DNA of 64,000 nt from assembly GCA_963767925.1 (NCBI GenBank), contig CAVYGB010000004.1, positions 1 to 64,000 on the forward strand, read 5' to 3'. The DNA is from an uncultured delta proteobacterium (GTDB taxonomy: Bacteria > Myxococcota_A > Polyangia > Fen-1088). Under the pieces are notes generated by a model. It was not told the DNA's origin, did not search any database, and saw nothing but the letters and a program-made list of their open reading frames with translations. The translations under genes were made by a program, and so were the position numbers. Below, piece after piece: positions 9,204 through 18,418 of the stretch; within the stretch, counting starts at the first letter, position 1; every line of letters begins with the position of its first letter.

Positions 9204-10819
9204 GGGTGTAGGTCTCATCGTGACGGATCAGTTCGAGCGGCGTGATCGGATGTCGACGACGTTCTTGGGGAGCTGAATGTCGTGACGGTAGCTGGCCGCG
9301 AGCATTTTCCAGGCGCGGTCGAAGCGGCCGCTTTGCTCGAGAGAACGCAGGGTCAGGATCGCCTGCCCACCTTCATGGCGCCATCGCATGCCCGAGCGCT
9401 TGAGGCGTTGGGTGACCAAGGTTTTGCACGCGGCCTCGACGATCCCGGACCCGATGGGCATTTTCCGGCGGGCGAAGCTGGCGTAGCGCATGCGCTTGCG
9501 GTGGTGCCTGAAGTAGTTGAGGGCGTTGGCAATCTTTCTGCGCCGCCGATGCTGGTCGCGTAGGTAGCGCAGGTGCCGGATCACCCGCTCGACGCCATCG
9601 GTATCGTGGCGGAGGATGTGGCGGTATTTCTGGAACTCCTCGCCGCACCTGGCGCTGGCCTCGCCGTGGGCTGCCGCCATGGCGTCGTGCAAATGCTCGG
9701 CAGCGTGGAAGAAATCCAGAATCTGAGCGTCCGCCCTGCCGCATGGCAATTCGGAAAGGAACGACCAGTTATCTTGCACACCGTCGGCGATGGCGACCAC
9801 GCGCAGATCGGGCCTTTCCGCGAGCATCGCCTTGAGCTCGTCGGTGATCTGCTTCTTGAGGGTCGCTTTGCCCTTCTCAGGCATACGAGCGACGCGCACG
9901 GTGTTCAGCGGCTCGCCGTCCTGGTCGTACAGGGTCAACGTTCCACAGCTTGCTTCGCTGTACCCTGCCGGCCCCTTGGCCACGCGCCCCGTGGCGCGCG
10001 TACGGGCCAGCTTCTCTTGGCGCTGGCCGTCCTTCATCGGTACCAGGACACCGTCCAGAGACACTCCGACGGTTACGGCCGCCTTGGGCACCTTTTCCTC
10101 GGCGCGCAGGCGCTGCTCGAGCCCGGGCCGATCTTCTTCCCAGAAGGCAGACAGCGCCTTGGGCAGCCGATCCAGGCTGGACTTGGACGGGTTCATGCCG
10201 CCCAGCCGCGCGAACATCGTCTCGGTTTCCTGCGGTGTCAGGTGCGCCACCGCCCAGGCCGCGTGCTGCGCGGCCAGGGGCGTGAAGTACCCCTCGACTA
10301 CGCCGCCTCGCAGCTCCATCGCGGCGACAGCCCGTTCGCCGTCTTGCCGGGTCGAGTACAGCGAGCGCTCGACGGTCACCGGCCCCGCGGCCGTCATGTA
10401 CGCCTGCGTGCAGCGCAGAACCTGCCGGTGCGCAACGCCGTCGATCTGGACCACCGGAACGTTGACGTCGAAGCGGGCCAGTTCCTCGCCAACGAACTCG
10501 GCCTCGGCGGCCATGAAGCGCCGCCGCGCCTGGCGCTCGAACTCCTCCAGGTCCATCACCGGACCGCGGGCGTGCCGCCGCTCCTCGACGAACTCCAGCA
10601 GGGCTTCCAGGGCTGATTGGGACTTTGCGACCGAGGCCGAGATTTGAGAACCTGCCATTGGGGCATCCTCCGAGGGCTTTGTTGTTGAGCAACCTCGAAG
10701 TACTCCGGCAGGCTCTGCCCCATCAACTACGCCCACGCTCGGGCGGGCATTTTGTCACCGGGCGAGACGTCGTACGCCAAATTACTGAATGATTTCATGT
10801 AAATATGAGATCTACACCC
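9204..10819 (-). mobile_element. Complete insertion sequence, ISKra4-like (IS256/Mutator-related), 1616 bp
   Basis: TIRs GGGTGTAGGTCTCAT (9204-9218) and ATGAGATCTACACCC (10805-10819), 14/15 match; direct repeat TCAGCACT at 9196-9203 and 10820-10827. Confidence 0.9.
9228..10658 (-). CDS. ISKra4-family DDE transposase
   Basis: SLDGV, IADG, LDFFHAAEHL, GSGIVEAACKTLVTQRLKRSGMRW motifs; ATG 10658 preceded by GGAGG. Confidence 0.88.
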   Translation of the reverse strand: MAGSQISASVAKSQSALEALLEFVEERRHARGPVMDLEEFERQARRRFMAAEAEFVGEELARFDVNVPVVQIDGVAHRQVLRCTQAYMTAAGPVTVERSLYSTRQDGERAVAAMELRGGVVEGYFTPLAAQHAAWAVAHLTPQETETMFARLGGMNPSKSSLDRLPKALSAFWEEDRPGLEQRLRAEEKVPKAAVTVGVSLDGVLVPMKDGQRQEKLARTRATGRVAKGPAGYSEASCGTLTLYDQDGEPLNTVRVARMPEKGKATLKKQITDELKAMLAERPDLRVVAIADGVQDNWSFLSELPCGRADAQILDFFHAAEHLHDAMAAAHGEASARCGEEFQKYRHILRHDTDGVERVIRHLRYLRDQHRRRRKIANALNYFRHHRKRMRYASFARRKMPIGSGIVEAACKTLVTQRLKRSGMRWRHEGGQAILTLRSLEQSGRFDRAWKMLAASYRHDIQLPKNVVDIRSRRSN

Positions 10820-11111
10820 TCAGCACTGAGCCGATGACCTGGTTCACAGTGCGCGCATGCCGAGGCGACCCGCTATCTGCGCGAGTGAGGGTTTTTCCAC
10901 GCCGATTTCCCGGCCAAGATCACGTTCTGCTTGCCCTTGATCTACTTGCCGGTGGTAGCTCTCGGATTGCCGCCCTTTGCGGAGACGCTTCTGCGCTCAA
11001 GTAACCGTCTTCCCAATAACGTCGTTCCGATCCGCCTGGCGCCTTTGAGGGCCCCGAGGGGTCACGTCGGTGCCGGTCCTACTCCGTGAGTGCCGATAGA
11101 GTCGCAGTGCT

Positions 11112-13184
11112 TCAGGGAGCCACGCAACTGTTGGTTGCCTCCCCGTTCTGGGGCGGCCTGCACTCCAAGTTCCCGTTGCAGACATCCCTCTGGCCCTCCG
11201 CGCAACACTGCTGGCCCTCGGCGCCGCAACGACGACATCGATCGTCGAAGCTACAGGTTAGGCCGCGCGGGCAGCGCCGGTCGAATGGGAGGTTGAAGCA
11301 ACATGGACCACCGACCTCGCCGCACGTATCGCAGACGTCATCGAGGCATTGAAGGCTGGCGCCATTGGGGCACGTGTCGCCTGGGCAGCACTTCTGACCG
11401 CGGGCTCCGCAGTTCGGTTCGCAGCGGTTGTTGTTGCAGATTTCGCCGCCGTCGCAGTCGCTGCTAACGCAGCACTCGCGGCAGGATCCGTTGCAGCGAT
11501 TCGGGGTGCCTCCGCCGCACTCGCGGCAGCTTCCGTTCATGCAGATCCCATTGTTACCGCAGTTTTGTCCGTTCGGGCAGTTGGGTACGCAGGCTCTGCT
11601 GCCGTTGCAGGTCCCGCTTCCATTGTTGCATGCGGCGTTGGTTCGGGACTCGCATTGCCTCTGATCGGCGCTGCAGCGGTCGCATTGACCCCCGCAGGGC
11701 TCGCAGCAGCCATTTTGAGGCTGTCTGGCGTTGCAGCCCGTGAAAGTGCCGTTCACGCAGCGCTCCTGGCCGGTGCCGCAGGGGCTGTTGCAGTTTCTGA
11801 CCAGGTTTCCCTCGTCGATCTGGCCGTTGCAGTTGTCGTCGCGGCCGTTGCACTGTTCCTGGGGGACCTGGTTGTTGGGGACGCACTGATTGCCGCATTT
11901 GGTGAAGCCGCCGGCGCATTGGGTGGTGGAGCAGCGGTTGGTCTGGCAGGCGAAGTTGTCGCAGTCGCCGTTGTTGCAGCAGTTCCCCTCCACGCAGGAG
12001 TTGCCGCAGGCGCGGAGGCCGTCGGGGCAGGTGCCGTTGCAGGCTTGGGTGCGGGCGATGCAGGCGTTGCCGCAGCGGTAGAAGCCGGGGTTGCAGGTGA
12101 AGGCGCAGGTGGTGCCGTCGCAGCTGGGTGTCGAGTTGGCGGGGGTGGAGCAGCGTTCGCAGCGGTCGCCGCAGGTGTCGACGCTACGGTTGTCGCGGCA
12201 GTTTTCGCCGCACTTGTGGAAGCCGGTGCGGCAGGTGTAGGCGCAGGCGTTGTTCTCGCAGCGAACCTGGGCGTTGTCGCGGGAGCCGCAGGGGGCGCAC
12301 TCGGCGCCGCAGAAGTTGACGTCGTTGTTGGGGACGCACTGGCCGTCGCAGTCGCGCTGGCCGGAGGGGCAGACGCCGTTGCAGGCTTGGTTGTTGGCGA
12401 TGCAGGCGCCGGCGCAGAGCTTATTGCCCTGCGGGCAGGAGGAGCCGCACTTGGTGCCGTCGCAGGTGGCGGTGCCGCCGGTGGGGATGGGGCAGGCGGT
12501 GCAGGAGGTGCCGCAGCTCGTGGGTTTTGTGTCACTCAGGCAGGCGTCGCCGCACTTGTGGGAGCCGGGGTTGCACTTGAGGTCGCACTTGTCGCCGTCG
12601 CAGGTGGAGACGCCGTCGGGCGAGGAGGGGCAGGGGGAGCAGGAGGAGCCGCAGGCGCTGAGGCTGGTGGGCAGGACACAGATGCCGTTGCAGAGGTTCT
12701 TGCCGTCGGTGCAGGTGTTGTCGCAGGGGTCGTTCTCGGCGATGCACTTGTCCAGGCACGGTTTCTGGCCGGCGGGACAGGCGACGCCGCAGCGGGTGCC
12801 GTCGCAGGTGGCGGTGCCTCCCGTGATCTGTAGACAGGCCTCGCAAGAGACGCCGCAGGTTTGAGGTGACTTGTCGTCGACGCAGGCGGTGCCACAGAGG
12901 TGGAACCCGGGCGGGCAGGTCATCGTGGCCGGGTCCGGAGGAGGGGCAGGGTCCGGAGAAAGCGAGGCACCGTCGGTGGGACTGCTGGGCCCAGGCCCGG
13001 GTCCTGCTGGGCCGTCCGGCGGAGCCACGGTCGGGAGTCCGCTGGTCCCGCCGCGGACTCCGGGGAAAAGGTTTGGGTCTTGAGTGGGGTCGTACTGATT
13101 GGGCTTTGAGCAGGAGTTAGCTGTAAGTGCAGGTAGACCGAGGACGACTAACCAGATTCGGAAGGTGCGATGCTGGAGTTTCAT
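11112..13184 (-). CDS. Cys-rich repeat lipoprotein, paralog A
   Basis: Signal peptide ending LTANSC; five STIG1-like CGxxCxxC repeats; one CNGRDDNCNGQIDEG motif; C-terminal CGxxGxxCC repeats. Confidence 0.8.
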   Translation of the reverse strand: MKLQHRTFRIWLVVLGLPALTANSCSKPNQYDPTQDPNLFPGVRGGTSGLPTVAPPDGPAGPGPGPSSPTDGASLSPDPAPPPDPATMTCPPGFHLCGTACVDDKSPQTCGVSCEACLQITGGTATCDGTRCGVACPAGQKPCLDKCIAENDPCDNTCTDGKNLCNGICVLPTSLSACGSSCSPCPSSPDGVSTCDGDKCDLKCNPGSHKCGDACLSDTKPTSCGTSCTACPIPTGGTATCDGTKCGSSCPQGNKLCAGACIANNQACNGVCPSGQRDCDGQCVPNNDVNFCGAECAPCGSRDNAQVRCENNACAYTCRTGFHKCGENCRDNRSVDTCGDRCERCSTPANSTPSCDGTTCAFTCNPGFYRCGNACIARTQACNGTCPDGLRACGNSCVEGNCCNNGDCDNFACQTNRCSTTQCAGGFTKCGNQCVPNNQVPQEQCNGRDDNCNGQIDEGNLVRNCNSPCGTGQERCVNGTFTGCNARQPQNGCCEPCGGQCDRCSADQRQCESRTNAACNNGSGTCNGSRACVPNCPNGQNCGNNGICMNGSCRECGGGTPNRCNGSCRECCVSSDCDGGEICNNNRCEPNCGARGQKCCPGDTCPNGASLQCLDDVCDTCGEVGGPCCFNLPFDRRCPRGLTCSFDDRCRRCGAEGQQCCAEGQRDVCNGNLECRPPQNGEATNSCVAP
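11976..12926. repeat. ~950-bp near-identical direct repeat, copy 1 (copy 2 at ~14377-15327)
   Basis: Colinear match at offset ~2401, e.g. 12001 ttgccgcaggcgcggaggcc = 14402. Confidence 0.9.
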
Positions 13185-13230
13185 GGGTCGCTCCTGGTCT
13201 CTGCTAGAGTTTTGAGACGCGTCGTCCTGC

Positions 13231-13259
13231 TAACTACTACGTGTCACAGAGTGGGACAA
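13231..13259 (-). promoter_or_regulatory. Putative sigma70-type promoter of paralog A (TTGTCC-N17-TAGTTA)
   Basis: Same hexamers and spacing conserved upstream of paralog B despite a divergent spacer. Confidence 0.5.
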
Positions 13260-13473
13260 CGCTATTTTCTGCCTATCGAGCCCAATTGTCCTGGCCGGCC
13301 CGTTTCGCGAGCCGTAGTCGAGACTCGGTTTCGACTCCAGCGCAACTGGCGCGGTAAACATGTCGCAAGCGATCAAGGTCGAGCGTTTAAGTGGGGGTGT
13401 CGCCGGAGTCCCCTCCGTTTTCGTTGATGAACGGATCGCGCTCAACAGTTGAATTTTCAGCTCAGCCAGAATT

Positions 13474-15564
13474 CTACTGGCACCTGCTCTCGCTGCACTC
13501 AGCCGGGTCGCAGAAGAGAGCGTTGCTTACGAAGCAGCATTCGTTGCCATTCCGGAAGCAGCAGGTCTCTCCTGAGCGGCCGCACCGCTCGCAGGTAGAG
13601 GCCTGGTTGCATGTGAACCGACCTTCGCAGCCCTGGTCGCCGGCGCCCGGGCAGCAGGGCAGTCCCTCTTTTCCACAGCCTTGGCATGTCCCGTTGAAGC
13701 ACATGAGACCACCGCCGTTACATCGCTCGCCGCCACAACAGGGCTGGCCGCTTTGGCCGCACTGACGGCAGCGCCCGTCCGAGCAGACGAGATCTTCCCC
13801 CGTTGCATCGGTTCCTGGAGCAGCAGGCAGCTCCGTTGACGCCGCAGGGTGCGACTTCGCAGCGGTTGGTGTTAGGTCTGCAAGATTGGCCGCTAGGGCA
13901 CGACACTGGGCGGCACTGTCCGCCGGAGCAGGTGTTGCAGGTGCCGCAGGCTGGGAGGTTGCGGAGGCGGCCGTTTTCGCAGGCTCGGGGGTCGTGTTGT
14001 TGGCGCAATCGCGGAAGCCGGCGGCGCATTCGTTGCATCCGGAGGCGGTGCAGCCATTGTTGTTGCAGTTCGTGGCGATCTCTTCTCGGCATCCGGTGGG
14101 CGAGCAGGCGGCGCGGACCATGTTGCGGCCATCGCAGCGAACCGCCGAGCCGCAGGCCATGATCTGTTCCTGGCGGCACTCGCCGCCGGAGCAGCGTCCC
14201 TCGACGATATTGTTGTTGCTGCAGGTGCGAGGCGAGCAGGTGCCGCCCTTGCGGAGCAGGTTCCGTTCTGACGATTCGCGGCAGGTGCCGGCGCAGCCGG
14301 GGCCGTGCTGACCATTGGCGCTGGGCTGGCAGCGGTTGCTCTGGCAGGTCTTGCAGTTGCCGCAGTCAGCGTTGCTGCAGCAGTTGCCCTCCACGCAGGT
14401 GTTGCCGCAGGCGCGGAGGCCGTCGGGGCAGGTGCCGTTGCAGGCTTGGGTGCGGGCGATGCAGGCGTTGCCGCAGCGGTAGAAGCCGGGGTTGCAGGAG
14501 AAGGTGCAGTTGGTGCCGTCGCAGCCGGGGGTGGAGTTGGCGGGGGTGGGGCAGCGTTCGCAGCGGGTGCCGCAGGTGTCGACGCTGCGGTTGTCGCGGC
14601 AGTTTTCTTCGCACTTGTGGAAGCCGGTGCGGCAGTTGTAGGCGCAGGCGTTGTTTTCGCAGCGGGGTTCGGCGTTGTCGCGGGAGCCGCAGGCGCTGCA
14701 GGTGGGGCCGCAGAAGTTGACGTTGTTATTCGGGACGCACTGGCCGTCGCAGTCGCGCTGGCCGGAGGGGCAGACGCCGTTGCAGGCCTGGTTGTTGGCG
14801 ATGCAGGCGCCGGCGCAGAGCTTGTTGCCTTCGGGGCAGGAGGAGCCGCACTTGGTGCCGTCGCAGGTGGCGGTGCCGCCGGTGGGGATGGGGCAGGCGG
14901 TGCAGGAGGTGCCGCAGCTCGTGGGTTTCGTGTCGCTGAGGCAGGCGTCGCCGCACTTGTGGAAGCCGGGGTTGCACTTGAGGTCGCACTTGTCCCCGTC
15001 GCAGGTGGAGACGCCGTCGGGTGAGGAGGGGCAGGGGGAGCAGGAGGAGCCGCAGGCGCTGAGGCTGGTGGGCAGGATGCAGACGCCGTTGCAGAGGTTC
15101 TTGCCGTCGGGGCAGGTGTTGTCGCAGGGGTCATTTTCGGCGATGCACTTGTCCAGACAGGGCTTTTGACCGGCGGGACAGGCGACGCCGCAGCGGGTGC
15201 CGTCGCAGGTGGCGGTGCCTCCCGTGATCTGCAGGCAGGCTTCGCAGGCGACGCCGCAGGTCTGGGGGGACTTGTCGTCGACGCAGGCGGTGCCGCAGAG
15301 GTGGAACCCGGGGGGACAGGTCATCGTCGCAGGATCGGGGGTGGGCGCCGGGCCGTCGGTCGGTTCGAGCATCCCTGGCGGCGGTGCGGCCGGGCCATCG
15401 GCGGCCATCGGGGTCCCGCGCCCGTTGGTGCCCCCCTCGCCGGTCAGCCGGGGATCCTGGGAGGGATCGTACTGGTTCGGCTTTTCGCAGGCGCTCGAGG
15501 AGAGTGAGCACAGGAGGACGAACACGCCGCGGGAGAAGGCCGCGGATAAGGGATGGCGCTTCAT
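13474..15564 (-). CDS. Cys-rich repeat lipoprotein, paralog B (two apparent pairs of compensating frameshifts)
   Basis: Signal ending LSSSAC, then KPNQYDP as in paralog A; ~950-bp core near-identical to paralog A; Cys pattern moves to another frame at ~14273-14247 and ~13990-13797. Confidence 0.75.
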   Translation of the reverse strand: MKRHPLSAAFSRGVFVLLCSLSSSACEKPNQYDPSQDPRLTGEGGTNGRGTPMAADGPAAPPPGMLEPTDGPAPTPDPATMTCPPGFHLCGTACVDDKSPQTCGVACEACLQITGGTATCDGTRCGVACPAGQKPCLDKCIAENDPCDNTCPDGKNLCNGVCILPTSLSACGSSCSPCPSSPDGVSTCDGDKCDLKCNPGFHKCGDACLSDTKPTSCGTSCTACPIPTGGTATCDGTKCGSSCPEGNKLCAGACIANNQACNGVCPSGQRDCDGQCVPNNNVNFCGPTCSACGSRDNAEPRCENNACAYNCRTGFHKCEENCRDNRSVDTCGTRCERCPTPANSTPGCDGTNCTFSCNPGFYRCGNACIARTQACNGTCPDGLRACGNTCVEGNCCSNADCGNCKTCQSNRCQPSANGQHGPGCAGTCRESSERNLLRKGGTCSPRTCSNNNIVEGRCSGGECRQEQIMACGSAVRCDGRNMVRAACSPTGCREEIATNCNNNGCTASGCNECAAGFRDCANNTTPEPAKTAASATSQPAAPATPAPADSAAQCRALAANLADLTPTAAKSHPAASTELPAAPGTDATGEDLVCSDGRCRQCGQSGQPCCGGERCNGGGLMCFNGTCQGCGKEGLPCCPGAGDQGCEGRFTCNQASTCERCGRSGETCCFRNGNECCFVSNALFCDPAECSESRCQ

Positions 15565-15612
15565 GGGAGGCTCCTGGTCAGTGCAAAGTTCTTTTGAGAC
15601 GCGCTGCCGACA

Positions 15613-15641
15613 TGACTACACCCGTCGCTCATGTAGGACAA
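15613..15641 (-). promoter_or_regulatory. Putative sigma70-type promoter of paralog B (TTGTCC-N17-TAGTCA)
   Basis: Matches the motif at 13231-13259. Confidence 0.5.
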
Positions 15642-15861
15642 CGGAAATGTTCTCGTTTATTGCCTCGGTAACGGGCCTTTCCCGTCCAATCGTCGGACGG
15701 AGCGCCCCCCCCCGATCCATCCCCCTCTTCCGTCCCCCGTCCCCGTCCGGTGCTCGGACCCTGGAGGCTCCGCCCGTCCGCCTCGCTGCCGGTCGCCCCG
15801 ATCGTCCCACCGCGACAAAAGAGCGACATCGTGGGTGCGTGGGGGGGAGGTTTGATATAGA

Positions 15862-15882
15862 AATTGAGAGGCGTTTTCATCT
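15862..15882 (+). promoter_or_regulatory. Putative Fur box upstream of feoA
   Basis: AT-rich AATTGAGAGGCGTTTTCATCT resembles a TGA-N9-TCA Fur-type inverted repeat, directly before an iron-uptake operon. Confidence 0.55.
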
Positions 15883-15897
15883 TTGAGGCAGGAGACG

Positions 15898-16119
15898 ATG
15901 TCGTTGCTCGAGGTCCCTTTGAAGAAGGCTGTCATCGTCGAAGAAGTCGCGGGGGATCGGGCTTTTAGGCGGCGCATCATGGAGATGGGGTTGGTGCCGG
16001 GGACGGAGGTCAGGGTTGTCGCGGTGGCGCCGCTGGGGGATCCGTTGACGCTGGACCTGCGGGCGAGTCGGCTGTCGATCCGCAAGCGCGAGGCGGCGCT
16101 GGTGCGGGTCCGGAAATGA
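15898..16119 (+). CDS. feoA: Ferrous iron transport protein A
   Basis: RRIMEMGLVPGTEV..APLGDP..LSIRK; RBS AGGAG; ATGA overlap with feoB. Confidence 0.92.
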   Translation: MSLLEVPLKKAVIVEEVAGDRAFRRRIMEMGLVPGTEVRVVAVAPLGDPLTLDLRASRLSIRKREAALVRVRK

Positions 16120-18299
16120 CGACCGCGATGGGGGAGGGCTCCGCGGCGGACGGGTCCAAGACTGTCGCGGGGAGGCGGGGGTTGGTGGCGCTGGGGGGGA
16201 ATCCCAATGCGGGGAAGACGACGCTCTTCAATGCGCTGACGGGGAGTCGGTCGCGGGTGGGCAACTACCCGGGGATAACCGTCGAGAAGCGGGTCGGGGA
16301 GATGCGGTTGCCCGGGGGCGGCGTGGTCGACGTGCTCGATGTGCCGGGGACCTACTCATTGGTGGCGCGGTCGGCGGAGGAGCAGCTCGCGCTGCTGGCC
16401 ATGGTGGGGCTCGGGGGGGAGCGGCGGCCTGATGTCGTGGTCCTCTGTGTCGATGCCAGTCAGCTCGTGCGGGGGCTGTACATCGTCCTGCAGGTGCTGG
16501 AGCTGGGGCTGCCGGTTGTCGTGGCGCTCACGATGATCGACGAGGCGGGGGAGGCGGCGCCGGATCCCGAGGCGCTGGCCCGCAAGCTGGGCTGCCCGGT
16601 GGTGCCGGTGGTGGCGCCGAAGGGCATCGGGCTCGACCGGCTGCAGGCGGCGATCGCGGCCCGCCTCGGCGCGGGGGAGGCCAAGGAGATCTGGCACTGG
16701 CGGCCGAGTCGGCCGCTCGAGGGGGCGGTGGCGCGGGCCCGGGCGACGTTGCCGCCGGGCTGGCCGCCCAGCGACGCGATGGCGCTGTGGGCGCTGATGA
16801 GCCTCGACAGCGGCGACGAGCTCACCGGGATCCCCGATGACCTGCGGGCGGCTGCCCTGCTCGAGCCGGCGCTGGCGCTGGCGGTCGACGACGAGGCGAT
16901 CCGGGGGCGCTACGGCTGGCTGGACCGGGAGGTCGGGCCGCTGGTGCGCAAGGCGCCCGATCGCCGCCGGACCGAGCGGGTCGACCGCGTCCTGATCCAC
17001 CCCCTGGGGGGCCTGTTCTTCTTCTTCCTCATCATGTTCGTGGTGTTCCAGGCGCTGTTCGCCTGGGCCGAGCCGGTGATGGGGCTCATCGATGTGGTGT
17101 TCGCGGGGGCGGCGGACGGGACCCGGCGCTTCTTGCCCGAGGGGCTGCTGGCCGACTTCGTCGCCGAGGCGCTCATCGGCGGGGTCGGGCAGGTGGTTGT
17201 GTTCCTGCCCCAGATCCTGATGCTGTTCTTCTTCCTCGGGCTGCTCGAGGACAGCGGCTACATGGCCCGCGTCGCTTACCTCATGGACCGGATCATGCGC
17301 AGCATGAACCTGCACGGGCGGGCCTTCGTGCCGATCCTCTCCGGCTTCGCCTGTGCCGTCCCGGCCATCATGGCCACCCGCACGATGGAGCGCCGCCGCG
17401 ACAGGTTGTTGACGATGATGGTCATTCCGCTGACGACCTGCTCGGCGCGGCTGCCGGTCTACACCTTGATCATCGCCTCTCTCTTCCCGGCGGGTTACCT
17501 GCTGGGGGTCCTGCCGGTGCGTGGGCTGCTGATGGTGTTCATGTACGCCTTCGGGCTGACGACGGCGCTGCTGGCGGCGATCGTGCTGTCACGGGCGATC
17601 AAGCCGCTGCGGGCCCGCAAGCTCCCCTTCGTCATCGAGCTGCCGCCTTACCGGCTGCCGCGCCTGCGCGATGTGCTCCACATGATGTGGGAGCGCGCGC
17701 GCATGTTTCTCACCGAGGCGGGGACCGTCATCCTCGTCTGCTCGGTGGTCATCTGGGGGCTGCTGACCTTCCCGCGCGAGCCGGCGCAGCCGTCCCGGGA
17801 CTACGCGGCGGCGGCGGCCGGCGCGGGCAGCGATGAGGAGCGGCTACACATCGAGCAGGCCCGGGAGGGCGAGCGCATCCAGCAAAGCTTCGGCGGGCGG
17901 CTGGGCCACGCCATCGAGCCGGCCATCGCGCCGCTCGGCTTCGACTGGAAGATCGGGGTGGGGCTGATCGGGGCCTTCGCCGCGCGCGAGGTGTTCATCT
18001 CTACGATGGGGATCATCTACGGCATGGGGGCGGACGTCAGCGCGGAGGACGCTGGCTTGCGCGAGCGGATGAAGGCGGAACGCCACCCGGATGGCTCGCC
18101 GGTCTACACGCCGCTGGTCGGGCTGACCCTCATGATCTTCTTCTCCCTCTGTTGCCAGTGCATGGGCACGCTGGCCGTGGTGCGCCGAGAGACCGCGTCG
18201 TGGCGCTGGCCGGCCTTTCTTTTCGGGTACATGACGGCGCTGGCCTGGCTGGTGGGGACGGCGGTGTACCAGACGGGCCGGGCGCTCGGGCTGGGGTGA
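16116..18299 (+). CDS. feoB: Ferrous iron transport protein B
   Basis: G1 GNPNAGKTT, G2 NYPGITVE, G3 DVPGTYSL; membrane domain with EDSGYMAR and GFACAVPA. Confidence 0.97.
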   Translation: MTTAMGEGSAADGSKTVAGRRGLVALGGNPNAGKTTLFNALTGSRSRVGNYPGITVEKRVGEMRLPGGGVVDVLDVPGTYSLVARSAEEQLALLAMVGLGGERRPDVVVLCVDASQLVRGLYIVLQVLELGLPVVVALTMIDEAGEAAPDPEALARKLGCPVVPVVAPKGIGLDRLQAAIAARLGAGEAKEIWHWRPSRPLEGAVARARATLPPGWPPSDAMALWALMSLDSGDELTGIPDDLRAAALLEPALALAVDDEAIRGRYGWLDREVGPLVRKAPDRRRTERVDRVLIHPLGGLFFFFLIMFVVFQALFAWAEPVMGLIDVVFAGAADGTRRFLPEGLLADFVAEALIGGVGQVVVFLPQILMLFFFLGLLEDSGYMARVAYLMDRIMRSMNLHGRAFVPILSGFACAVPAIMATRTMERRRDRLLTMMVIPLTTCSARLPVYTLIIASLFPAGYLLGVLPVRGLLMVFMYAFGLTTALLAAIVLSRAIKPLRARKLPFVIELPPYRLPRLRDVLHMMWERARMFLTEAGTVILVCSVVIWGLLTFPREPAQPSRDYAAAAAGAGSDEERLHIEQAREGERIQQSFGGRLGHAIEPAIAPLGFDWKIGVGLIGAFAAREVFISTMGIIYGMGADVSAEDAGLRERMKAERHPDGSPVYTPLVGLTLMIFFSLCCQCMGTLAVVRRETASWRWPAFLFGYMTALAWLVGTAVYQTGRALGLG

Positions 18300-18340
18300 G
18301 CCCGGCGCGGCCTGGCGGTGCGGGCGGCGGGCTTTTTCTT
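18299..18340 (+). terminator. Probable intrinsic terminator after feoB
   Basis: agcccg...cgggct stem followed by tttttctt. Confidence 0.55.
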
Positions 18341-18418
18341 GCGCATGCTGCGACGAGACTTCACTTTTTCTGACAATTGACTGGCCTTCGAGGGCACGCG
18401 CCGGTGAAATCGGGCTCG

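Noticed and set aside
11112..15564. Diversity-generating retroelement TR/VR pair, or CRISPR array
   Set aside because: No reverse transcriptase; both copies are coding and differences are not visibly adenine-specific; no constant repeat with unique spacers.
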